A stretch of 64,000 bases of DNA. Source: an uncultured bacterium. GTDB taxonomy: Bacteria > Poribacteria > WGA-4E > WGA-3G. This document shows, one piece after another, positions 47,701-55,803 of the stretch. The notes beneath the pieces are model-generated. The model did no database searches and was not told where the DNA came from. It worked only from the letters and a program-made list of their open reading frames with translations. Each line of letters starts with the position of its first letter. Within the stretch, counting starts at the first letter, position 1. Both the position numbers and the translations under genes were made by a program. The stretch lies in the NCBI GenBank assembly GCA_964652195.1, contig CAZZBB010000012.1, forward strand, positions 36,537-100,536, in the 5' to 3' direction.

Positions 47701-50151
47701 GTCCACTGCGATATAGTCTATTGTCACCTCTTGGTTGCGGTTTATTGCTCCATCATTAGGACGTTTAATACCAACATAATGTGAATAAGGATGAATAATA
47801 GCCCTTTGGGAAGCCGTAACAGCTCTACCACCGGGTTCATTAACACTCGCTGTAAATATACCATTTAATAGAGAAGGGGCTTTGACTTTTTCAGGTAGCA
47901 TTACCTGATATATGACTTTACCTTCATTATTAGTCTTAGTTTCTTTCAAATTCATCCTTTGTTTTTCAAATCGAGCAGTACTTGAGAAATGAAATGAACG
48001 CCATTTCTCAGCTGGTACATAAGGAACTGCTTCAAGCATATAGTATGCAGTGACTTTTCGGTTTGTAGCAGGAGGCCCGAACAAGTTGACAGCAGTTACC
48101 TCCATACCTACCTCAGCTCCTATGTCATATTCAGGTTTATCTGTAGAGACAATCACCTTCATACGGTCAGGCATAAACTCTTCAACTTGGAATCGACCAC
48201 GACCAATTTCTTTATTAGCCACTTTTATCTTGGCGATATAACCACCAGTTTGTGCATAGGGAGGTAAAGTCAATTCAACTTCACATCCGCCGTGTTTGTC
48301 TGTATTTTTCTGGAATTCTCTTATGGTTCTTCCATCTGGAGCGGTAACTTCAATATGGGTCGGAAGAATAGGGGGTGTTAAATTATCTTTTCCCCGTACT
48401 ATTCCTGCGATATTTACCCTTTCTCCAGGACGATACACACCCCTACTTGTATATAGAAATGCGTCATATCCAGTTTCTAAGTATGCTGTACCACCAACAT
48501 TAAAATCGCCTGTAGAAAGTTGGTGTCGGTTAAGTTGGATGAAAGATATATCTTCACCTTTTTCTGCAGTCAGCATAAAAGGGGTAAACCCTTCGGTTTT
48601 TTGATCCACTGATGAGAATTTTACAAAACCTTGCCAATTTGTTTTTCCTGTCAGTAATGTTTGGTTGTTATCACTGATAAGTTTAATTGTTGCTTGAGAT
48701 ACAGGTTTTAGATTGGAAAGGGAATTGACCCATACCCATAACTCATCTCCTGCCCTTTTTGATATAATCCCAAGGTCAGTTAGCATTACCCATTGTGTTG
48801 CACGAGGTCTATAGTTATGAGGGTGTCTGGCAGTGACTTTAAAGATACCTATATACTTATCATCAAGATATTGCCCCAAATCAATAGGAGTTTTTACCTC
48901 TTCATTCAGTTTTGATTTAATTGATAGACTACCCGAATGGATTGGTTTACCTAAACCGCTTGTATATGTACTCCAATTTCTTAGTTTAGAAGCATATATA
49001 AGGTTATTAGCAAAAACCTTTTCAATTTGAATGTTGACATTCTCTATATTTGTTGTTGCTAATCCGAGATTCATGTTTTGATTTCGAGTTAAGAAAAACC
49101 CACTTCCGGCAAAACGAATCTGCGGAGGTACATCCGGTATGGTAAGTGTTACTGAATAAGATTTCTTTAATATGGATCCATCAGGGGCAGTTAATCCTTC
49201 CTGAATGCTGACTTTATATTTACTACGCCGTTGAAAATCACCATATATATCAACCCCATCATAACGTTGGATTATCTGCGTATCTAATTCGGGTTCAATT
49301 TGAATGTACGGTTGTATGGTATCAACAGGTACATTAGAACTGAATCGAAGCCGTATATGAGGACTACCAGAATATTCATCTACATTGGCATATGTAACTC
49401 TAAGTCTATCTCTGCCAGCCAAGGTTAATGTTCTAATACTTGCCTGCTTCAATCCAATTTTTCCACCGATACAATTAAATCCTTTATCAATTTGTACCTT
49501 TAGAGATTGATTTCCAAGAAGTCGTGGAATTTCTTCTGTCTCAATTGATATCTCTTTTGCAATTCCACTTTCTGGTTGAAGTGTATAGGGTAATATAACA
49601 TTATCTTGAAGCTTCAGAGATAGATTTGAACGTAAATCGGCAATATTCACAGGATAGTTAAAAGCTAACTTCCCTTTGACTTTGGCATGGGTCTTGGTAT
49701 ATTTAAATTCCAGATTCTTCCTTTCAATACGAAATGGTTCTGTTAAAAAAGTGAATTTTCTGTTACCAGTAATGACAAAACCCAGTGAACTTTGATGCAA
49801 TTTCGGTGAGAGTACGACGGTGTAACTTGCGGAGGGAGATAAAGGACTATCTAAAAAGTAACGAATTGTATCACGTTTGACCCAACGGCTGACTCCTTCA
49901 ACTGTAGGAGTAAATTGAACTGCCTGACTTGGCAATTCGGTGTTAACCAGTGAATTATCTATGACAGGTTCTGAAAATGTAAATGTAAAGTCTACCCATT
50001 GAAGGACTTTCTCACCCTTTGGTGTGAATGATTTTACATGGACACGAGTTTTTGAACCTGTGGATAGATTGTGAATATATAGAGAACCTATTATCAATAA
50101 AAGCAAAGAGAGTATTCCTACAACGCCTATATACAATTGTTTATTTTTCAT
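44713..50151 (-). CDS. Bacterial alpha-2-macroglobulin family protein (YfhM-like) with thioester motif
   Basis: 1812 aa with an N-terminal anchor, MG domains and the thioester CLEQ (RYPYGCLEQTT). Confidence 0.85.
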   Translation of the reverse strand: MKNKQLYIGVVGILSLLLLIIGSLYIHNLSTGSKTRVHVKSFTPKGEKVLQWVDFTFTFSEPVIDNSLVNTELPSQAVQFTPTVEGVSRWVKRDTIRYFLDSPLSPSASYTVVLSPKLHQSSLGFVITGNRKFTFLTEPFRIERKNLEFKYTKTHAKVKGKLAFNYPVNIADLRSNLSLKLQDNVILPYTLQPESGIAKEISIETEEIPRLLGNQSLKVQIDKGFNCIGGKIGLKQASIRTLTLAGRDRLRVTYANVDEYSGSPHIRLRFSSNVPVDTIQPYIQIEPELDTQIIQRYDGVDIYGDFQRRSKYKVSIQEGLTAPDGSILKKSYSVTLTIPDVPPQIRFAGSGFFLTRNQNMNLGLATTNIENVNIQIEKVFANNLIYASKLRNWSTYTSGLGKPIHSGSLSIKSKLNEEVKTPIDLGQYLDDKYIGIFKVTARHPHNYRPRATQWVMLTDLGIISKRAGDELWVWVNSLSNLKPVSQATIKLISDNNQTLLTGKTNWQGFVKFSSVDQKTEGFTPFMLTAEKGEDISFIQLNRHQLSTGDFNVGGTAYLETGYDAFLYTSRGVYRPGERVNIAGIVRGKDNLTPPILPTHIEVTAPDGRTIREFQKNTDKHGGCEVELTLPPYAQTGGYIAKIKVANKEIGRGRFQVEEFMPDRMKVIVSTDKPEYDIGAEVGMEVTAVNLFGPPATNRKVTAYYMLEAVPYVPAEKWRSFHFSSTARFEKQRMNLKETKTNNEGKVIYQVMLPEKVKAPSLLNGIFTASVNEPGGRAVTASQRAIIHPYSHYVGIKRPNDGAINRNQEVTIDYIAVDKNGNSVAGRDLLLTVYKVRWNTILRRNSRGQSQYVSNPQKTTLESHPLISTSDIGTFTFTPTEYGEYRVHIEDTASGAKSEIKMETSGWGYVPVSMENPSLLEMNLDKTAYNPGEIAKLHVKAPFPGKLLLTIEREKILSYKIVNLRGNTASLNIPVQYAYKPNIYLSGTIIRSTESLKEHGSARAFGIIPLKIDDTSNRFTIDLDAPEEIRPNTDVTVKYTVKGKNSGFSHITIAAIDEGILQLTDFKTPDAHKYFYRQRGLKTVVHDLYSAVLPEIESAQTESSTGGDGSLAAGRAKRLNTASIMRVKPVSLWSGILKTDRNGKGTVDFHVPQFNGTLRIMAVAYANTNFGAAEKPIIVREPVVITPTFPRFLSGGDRIQFPINVHNGTGVDGEFNVEIQAQGDVQFLSDAEADEATTDNRKIQKQIYIGSDVEEQLLFELLTHDSIGKATFTVSAFGNNERSEMTVQLPLRSAAPPVTDTGNGIVNADEPEDFIFPSNFIPESSEFGLTVSPFPAVKFADGIRYLLRYPYGCLEQTTSKVFPLLYFSDVARTIDPDLATDERIDYYITQGINKLESMLSSQNHFSYWPGGGYINHWSSIYATHFLVEARKSGYEVSDRVYTAMLEGLRNQAKQISSNQRTIDNNNRYNAERAVYSCYVLAAAGHPEKGVMHYFKNNLLSGLTGFSRFQLAGAFGLSGDLETALSMLPISIPTSNGGKRQSGNNFNSPIRSQAIMLDVLAEVNENHPSIPMLVNNLSQSASKKNRWGTTQENAFAFLALGKILRKQMDGNYTGTITVNGTHLADFDSENPSVRFANKEWDGAQIQISIEGEGNCYYHWSAFGIRRDSSIEEYDRDLQVRRRYLNQDGTPYENEFKHGDMVIAEITVKALNFNLENVVVVDMLPAGFEIENARLASRASIPWLKTDDFKPDYVDIRDDRMIFFGTFPRQRERKFHYALRAVTRGEFNLPPVSAEAMYDPANSSIASSGKITIID

Positions 50152-50529
50152 CGTAAAGTCTCCTAAGCGTCCAATTAAACTGAAACTTGAAGTCTATTAA
50201 TTTTTAGTGCAATAAATTTGTCCACATTGTCCTATGATTCTGTCAATATGAACATAATATTTATTGATATGAAAATCCGTTCTTCTATTATCTATGATAC
50301 TTAAAATTAAGATGATATCCATTTGAGATCTTGTTATCAATCAAGTTAATTCTTTATTTATTATGTACAGAGCAAATTCTGTGCCAATATTTAGTACTTC
50401 CAATATGATTTCCATAATATTGCTACTAAATTCTGTATATTTTAGAAACATCATTATTTATTACACTCAGTTTAAATCAAACAAACAATTAGAGTGTGTA
50501 TGGCAACGGGGGTAATTATAACAGAAGGA

Positions 50530-50563
50530 CAATCTCGCTTAAAGCAACCTTTAAGCGAGATTG
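50530..50563. promoter_or_regulatory. Perfect 15-bp-stem palindrome CAATCTCGCTTAAAG-CAAC-CTTTAAGCGAGATTG
   Basis: Seen directly. It lies between the alpha-2-macroglobulin operon start and the Cyc2-like gene end. No T-tract follows on either strand. Confidence 0.3.
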
Positions 50564-50791
50564 TTTGGTGGAATGTCAGGTAGTTAGTATATTACTAAAA
50601 TCGGGTAGATTTGTAAGAAAATGCTATCATGTGTAAAAAATAACACACTCAACTATTTTCTTACTTACATGAATGTGTAAGGTGTATTCTACAATTGTGC
50701 TTAAGGGAGCACCTACAGAGGTTATATAAGAAAAAACATAGATTTCAAACATCATTTCTTATATTCAACTTCCGATACATTTATTTATGAA

Positions 50792-52009
50792 TTAAAACCA
50801 GAAATGAGACATTAGAATGAGTTGATTTGTCCCTTTGAGTTGTCGTAATTCACTTTTACTTGAGATCTTCTCATCTGGCAAGCGATCATTGTTTGGTAGG
50901 TTTGCCCAGTAAAATAGTGAAATAGCCCCGTTTTCCATAAAATTGTATTTGGCAGTAAATGTAATTCGCTTACCTGCATCCCCTAATACCATTCTATCAG
51001 GATCAAATAAACCGTAACGACCAGATAGTGATAACTGGGGAAAGAGTCGATATTTGGCACCAAAATAATACCCTTTAGAATCGACAGTATCGTCTGCAAA
51101 AGACAGTACTTCACCACTATTACCAAAATTGAATTCACCTTCCAAACTGAGATCACCGAATGAGGCAGTCAAGAAAGCACCAAGTACTCGTTCCCACTCT
51201 TCATTAGGTTTTTCTAACATACATGAAATACCTGCACGGATTGGACCGAGTTGTCCACCGAATGTTCCAAGAGATCCATTGGCGGTGTTATTCCTCGCAT
51301 TGAAAAAAGCTGCATTGTAGAAAATTTTTCCATAACTACCCCCTGCTTCGAGGCCGACATCACGTTTATTTGAACCTAAATCGTAACCTTCTCTCACGAG
51401 TATATTATGATCTTTTTGTTTAATGCCGAATGGTAGTCGAAATTGTCCAACTCTAACGTAAAGATGTTTAGGAATCGCATCAACAGTTGCAAAGGCATTT
51501 AATGTAGTACCAACATTATTCGATACGGTTAACCGGATGTTTTCTGAGGCTTGCGCGTTAAATGTAACTTCTGCTTGCATGAGAAAAAATCTATCAACAG
51601 AAGAATGGCATGAGGTACAGCCTGCTCTTGTTCCTTCTTCTTCATCAACATGGGTGGTTTTGATAAATGCTGTCTGGAGATCGAGTGAAGTGGTTATTTG
51701 TTTGATTAACTCCTTTGTTTCTTCTGTCACAGCCTCTATATCAAAGTCTTCAGGGAATTCAAAATAGTTTTCTTCGAAAATCTCACCAATGCGATTTCGA
51801 GGTCCACCACCCGCAGGATCTATATGACAGAAAGTGCAATCCTTATTTAATTCGGCTGCAAATTCTGGTCTGGCTTCGGCAGAGTTAATCATGAATATGC
51901 TAATCAATACAATTGATAGAAATGTCAATATTAACAATTTTGGAATATTGAATTGCTTCATATTTTTTCGAGGAAAAAGCATATTCAATTTGGTAGAATA
52001 AAATTCCAT
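50792..52009 (-). CDS. Cyc2-like fused c-type cytochrome / outer-membrane beta-barrel protein with two CXXCH motifs
   Basis: AAGGAG lies 6 nt before ATG 52009. A signal peptide is followed immediately by CTFCH, with a second CTSCH about 90 aa later. The rest is beta-strand-patterned (RITFTAKYNF, YYFGAKYRLF) and ends in the aromatic residue ...HFWF. Confidence 0.55.
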   Translation of the reverse strand: MEFYSTKLNMLFPRKNMKQFNIPKLLILTFLSIVLISIFMINSAEARPEFAAELNKDCTFCHIDPAGGGPRNRIGEIFEENYFEFPEDFDIEAVTEETKELIKQITTSLDLQTAFIKTTHVDEEEGTRAGCTSCHSSVDRFFLMQAEVTFNAQASENIRLTVSNNVGTTLNAFATVDAIPKHLYVRVGQFRLPFGIKQKDHNILVREGYDLGSNKRDVGLEAGGSYGKIFYNAAFFNARNNTANGSLGTFGGQLGPIRAGISCMLEKPNEEWERVLGAFLTASFGDLSLEGEFNFGNSGEVLSFADDTVDSKGYYFGAKYRLFPQLSLSGRYGLFDPDRMVLGDAGKRITFTAKYNFMENGAISLFYWANLPNNDRLPDEKISSKSELRQLKGTNQLILMSHFWF

Positions 52010-52066
52010 AGGCTTACTCCTTATACTGTCAATTAGGCAAGGTTTTATTGCAATCTATAGTTGACA

Positions 52067-52654
52067 TCAATCAAGTGCAGTAAAAACATAGTCCATATCT
52101 TTAACTCTGGCATGGCAACCCCAACATACACGGTCTCGGGCTAAGATTGTAAAATCATCATCAGGAGCACCTCTTGTGTATTCAATAAACTCCCAATCAT
52201 TATGATCAGGATCGCTACCAGCAACTTTACGCATAATTGCAATCAAACCGATGTAGTCTTTATTAGGTCTGGAAGCTTCTTTTACAACAATACTTCCATC
52301 TGGGTATGGAAATGTCTGTTCTCCATCTGGTGCAATTACTTCTCGGTCTTGATTAACATATACGTTTTTTGTACCATTATGCGGGTCACCACCAGGAACA
52401 GGGGGTATAGGTTCTGCATTCAATTTAAGCCATTTCTCATAGCCTGCAGTATAATCAGGTAGTCCCGGTAGTGCAACAATTGTTTCTTCAGGTTGTTGAA
52501 CTTCTTGGTTATTCACTCCATTGTCAGTTTCCTGGACAAGTTCCTCTATCTGGTGTTCTTCCACACAGGAAGTGAACAGTAGACCAGCAATTAGAACTGA
52601 TACAATACATTGTATTGTATTTAGGAAATGGGGAGTATGTTTTCGGTTATTCAT
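52067..52654 (-). CDS. Monoheme c-type cytochrome lipoprotein with C-terminal CXXCH (cytochrome P460 / c'-beta-like arrangement)
   Basis: Signal then lipobox LFTSC. A single CWGCH lies 15 aa from the C-terminus, as in the P460/c'-beta family (recall-based). Size is 195 aa. Confidence 0.45.
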   Translation of the reverse strand: MNNRKHTPHFLNTIQCIVSVLIAGLLFTSCVEEHQIEELVQETDNGVNNQEVQQPEETIVALPGLPDYTAGYEKWLKLNAEPIPPVPGGDPHNGTKNVYVNQDREVIAPDGEQTFPYPDGSIVVKEASRPNKDYIGLIAIMRKVAGSDPDHNDWEFIEYTRGAPDDDFTILARDRVCWGCHARVKDMDYVFTALD

Positions 52655-53004
52655 AACTTTCTCCTTAGATGAATATGATTTTAGTATATATTAAACTTGT
52701 AAGCTATACAATACATTAATTCGTTTGTCGATAGTAAAATATAGAAAAACTTAATACCTACGGGGAATAATCTCCGGTTTTATAGATAGAATTGGAACCT
52801 ATAAAACCGCAATACTTATGTGACACCTAACGACAAAAAGGACTTATCATATTACATTTATTTTTTTATACCAAAATGATTTAAATTGTTGTAATATTAT
52901 CATCTGTTATTTAGTAAAGTCAGTATACGAATTGAATCAAAGACTAAACGAAACATTAATTATCATATATGAAACGAACTAACATGTGAATAAAGGAGAA
53001 TTGG

Positions 53005-54021
53005 ATGCTTAGAAAATTGTTTAAAGGTGGTGATAAAAAAGCTGATGAACTAAAGAACACAGTACAGGATGAACCACTGGAGACAAATGGGAAAGATAAT
53101 TGGTTTAATCGTCTGAAATCCAGTTTGGCTAAAACTCGAAATAATTTAATGTCTCAACTTTCTGGATTACTTCGAGTCGGTAGGAAGATTGACGAAGATC
53201 TAATGGATGAAATTGAAGAGATTCTAATCCAAGCTGACGTAGGTGTTGATACAACTCTGAAATTGATGGATAATGTTCGGGAGACAGTAAAATCCCAAGG
53301 ATTGGGCGACTCCTCTGAGTTAGAAATAGTTATTAAAGATGAAATTCGAAATCTGCTCGGGGAAGATACTCCATTAAAACTTGAAGGAGAAGGACCTTAT
53401 ACGATTTTGGTTCTTGGCGTGAACGGTGCAGGAAAAACGACAACTATTGGGAAACTTGCCAGCAGGTTTAACACTGATGGATACCGTGTTCTCGTTGCAG
53501 CAGGAGACACTTTTCGGGCAGCTGCTGAAGATCAATTAGAAGTCTGGTGTGAACGAGCAGGGGTCGACTTGATTCGGGGTGGAGAAAATGCTGAACCTGC
53601 CTCTGTGGTTTTTGATGCTATACACGCAGCAAATCATCGTGAAGCAGATGTTTTAATAGTAGACACAGCAGGAAGATTACATACGAAAAAACCTTTGATG
53701 GATGAGTTGTCAAAAATCGGACGGGTTATGGCACAAGCCCATGCTGGAGCTCCCCATGAAGTACTACTTGTTATTGATGGTACCGTGGGACAAAATGCCT
53801 TAATGCAGGCGAAGATTTTCAATGAAGCTGTTCCTATTACGGGTGTGGCAGTCACTAAACTTGACGGTACCGCAAAGGGCGGAATAATACTTGGAGTGAA
53901 ATCCGAATTGGGAGCACCCGTAAAACTAATTGGAATTGGAGAGAAACTTGACGACCTAAGAGATTTTGTAGGTACCGAATTTGTTGAAGCTCTTTTTGTT
54001 TCTGAAGAGACATCAGAGTAA
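53005..54021 (+). CDS. ftsY: Signal recognition particle receptor
   Basis: NG domain with GVNGAGKTTTIGKLA, DTAGR and TKLDGTAKGG. Confidence 0.9.
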   Translation: MLRKLFKGGDKKADELKNTVQDEPLETNGKDNWFNRLKSSLAKTRNNLMSQLSGLLRVGRKIDEDLMDEIEEILIQADVGVDTTLKLMDNVRETVKSQGLGDSSELEIVIKDEIRNLLGEDTPLKLEGEGPYTILVLGVNGAGKTTTIGKLASRFNTDGYRVLVAAGDTFRAAAEDQLEVWCERAGVDLIRGGENAEPASVVFDAIHAANHREADVLIVDTAGRLHTKKPLMDELSKIGRVMAQAHAGAPHEVLLVIDGTVGQNALMQAKIFNEAVPITGVAVTKLDGTAKGGIILGVKSELGAPVKLIGIGEKLDDLRDFVGTEFVEALFVSEETSE

Positions 54022-54122
54022 CATACTACAGCCTAACCCTACAACATATTATATAGGGTTAGGCTGTAGTATGTAAGCAGGTAATGTAGAGGACAATCTT
54101 AATCTACCTTGTAGAACTTGTC

Positions 54123-54740
54123 TTATAGGGCATCTCCATCTTTAAGGTAGGACTGTAAGTGTTTGCGTAGATTGCGATGGGCATGGAATAGGTGAGCCTT
54201 GACAGTTCCATCCGATCTACCAACCGCAGTAGCGATATCTTTTAGTGATAGACCATCCCAGTGGCGTAAGATGAAAATCTTACGTTGTTTCGGTGGCAGC
54301 TGACGAATCGCCTTTCGGATCTGAAGTCTAAGCTCCTTATTCTCCACTGCTTTGGCAGGTGAATCTAACCGTAGGTCTGGGAAATTCGCCATCGGTAATT
54401 CCTCGGATTCATCGGAATCATATACCATTACTTCCGAACGCGATTTTTTTCGTAAAAAATCTATACACAGGTTGACAGTGATTTTATAAAGCCAACTATA
54501 GAACTGGCATTGACTCTTGAAGTTACCCAATCCTTGGTAAGCACGGATAAATGCATCTTGTGTAATATCAAGGGCATCTTCATGATTAGGAACAAAACGC
54601 AGCACTAACCGATAAGTTCGTTTTTGATAGCGAGTAAATAGCGTATCAAATACTGCGGTATCACCACTTTGAAATTGTTCTATCAGTTGAGCATCATCAT
54701 TACAACTTGGAGGAATACTTTCGGGGCTTGGGGACTGCAT
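54123..54740 (-). CDS. ECF-type RNA polymerase sigma-70 factor
   Basis: Region 2 is DITQDAFIRAYQ...FYSWLYKITVN. Region 4 has an HTH (LSLKDIATAVGRSDGTVK). Confidence 0.8.
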   Translation of the reverse strand: MQSPSPESIPPSCNDDAQLIEQFQSGDTAVFDTLFTRYQKRTYRLVLRFVPNHEDALDITQDAFIRAYQGLGNFKSQCQFYSWLYKITVNLCIDFLRKKSRSEVMVYDSDESEELPMANFPDLRLDSPAKAVENKELRLQIRKAIRQLPPKQRKIFILRHWDGLSLKDIATAVGRSDGTVKAHLFHAHRNLRKHLQSYLKDGDAL

Positions 54741-54800
54741 GTTCTCCTCTTATATGTCATTGGCTGAATAGTAATTCAGTCGTTAGTTATAGAATAGAAG

Positions 54801-55679
54801 TCACCGATCTGTCTGTTTTTGTACACAATGAAACCATTCTCTGTATCTGCGGCTATCTTTAACCATCTGTTGAAGCAGGGATAATTCCTCATCTTCTTCG
54901 GCACAAGGTGCATCAGCCAGCAATGCTAACAACTCCTCATACACGATCTTATCTTCATCTACCAATGCTGAAAGAAGACTATCAAAGTTCTCTCCCATTC
55001 CGAGTAGTGAAAATAATTGATTCGTGTGCCGTAATTCTTCTGAGGCAGCCTGGTTTAGGTACGCAGCAAGTTCATGTTCATTTCGTTTCTCTGCGATTCG
55101 AGCGAGAATTAACCGCATTCCGACGAGTTTGAGTTTGGCTTGCGCAAGTTCGTCAAGTCCCGTCTCAAATTTCTCACGTAAATGATCAGCATCACGCGGG
55201 TGCAACTGGGAATAACTCGGCCAAACGGGTTTCGCCATCACCTGTTTCAATCTCTTTAGACTTTCTATAAGGTTATCTTGTTCTTCTGGGGACAATTGAC
55301 CAAAAGTGTGTTCCCAAAAGTCTTCTGCCTGTTTTACACCTTCACTAAAAAGTTCTTGAGATTGTGGTGTTAGTTGAATGCGAGCTCTTCTTCTATCTTC
55401 ATCACACTTACGACGGACAACCCAACCTTGACGTTCTAATCTGTTGACTAAACCAGAAACTGTATTGTGAGCAAGACCGAGATGTTCACCCAATTCACTT
55501 ACATACATGCCGGATTCACGACCATACCAATGTAAGTGTTGTAAGGCGTTAAATTGGACAATTGTTAGGCGATTCGGAACTAAATCCTGAATAAACCGGG
55601 ATTTGGTTGATGCTTGGGCATGTCGCATCACACGCATAACAACATCAATTTCTTGGTTGAATTCACGGTTTTTAGACAT
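54801..55679 (-). CDS. MarR-family HTH regulator fused to a C-terminal helical, possibly ferritin-like domain
   Basis: MarR wHTH (LTIVQFNALQHL...VSELGEHLGLAHNTVSGLVNRLERQGWV). The approximately 150-aa C-terminus carries E..H pairs (NEHE, EELRH). It lies immediately upstream of the ECF sigma factor. Confidence 0.55.
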   Translation of the reverse strand: MSKNREFNQEIDVVMRVMRHAQASTKSRFIQDLVPNRLTIVQFNALQHLHWYGRESGMYVSELGEHLGLAHNTVSGLVNRLERQGWVVRRKCDEDRRRARIQLTPQSQELFSEGVKQAEDFWEHTFGQLSPEEQDNLIESLKRLKQVMAKPVWPSYSQLHPRDADHLREKFETGLDELAQAKLKLVGMRLILARIAEKRNEHELAAYLNQAASEELRHTNQLFSLLGMGENFDSLLSALVDEDKIVYEELLALLADAPCAEEDEELSLLQQMVKDSRRYREWFHCVQKQTDR

Positions 55680-55803
55680 ATTTCTAAATTGCGTCCTATA
55701 TAAGAGGTAAATCCGTCGTATACGACATAATTATAGAGGTAAATTCAGGCTATGTCAAATTAAAATGGGTTTAAATACAGAATTAGTAAGAATTTAGAAG
55801 GGT

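Noticed and set aside
50600-50790. Short palindromes CTTACA..TGTAAG and similar just downstream of the Cyc2-like gene as its terminator
   Set aside because: Stems are only 6 bp, and no U-tract follows in the minus-strand orientation. Not convincing.
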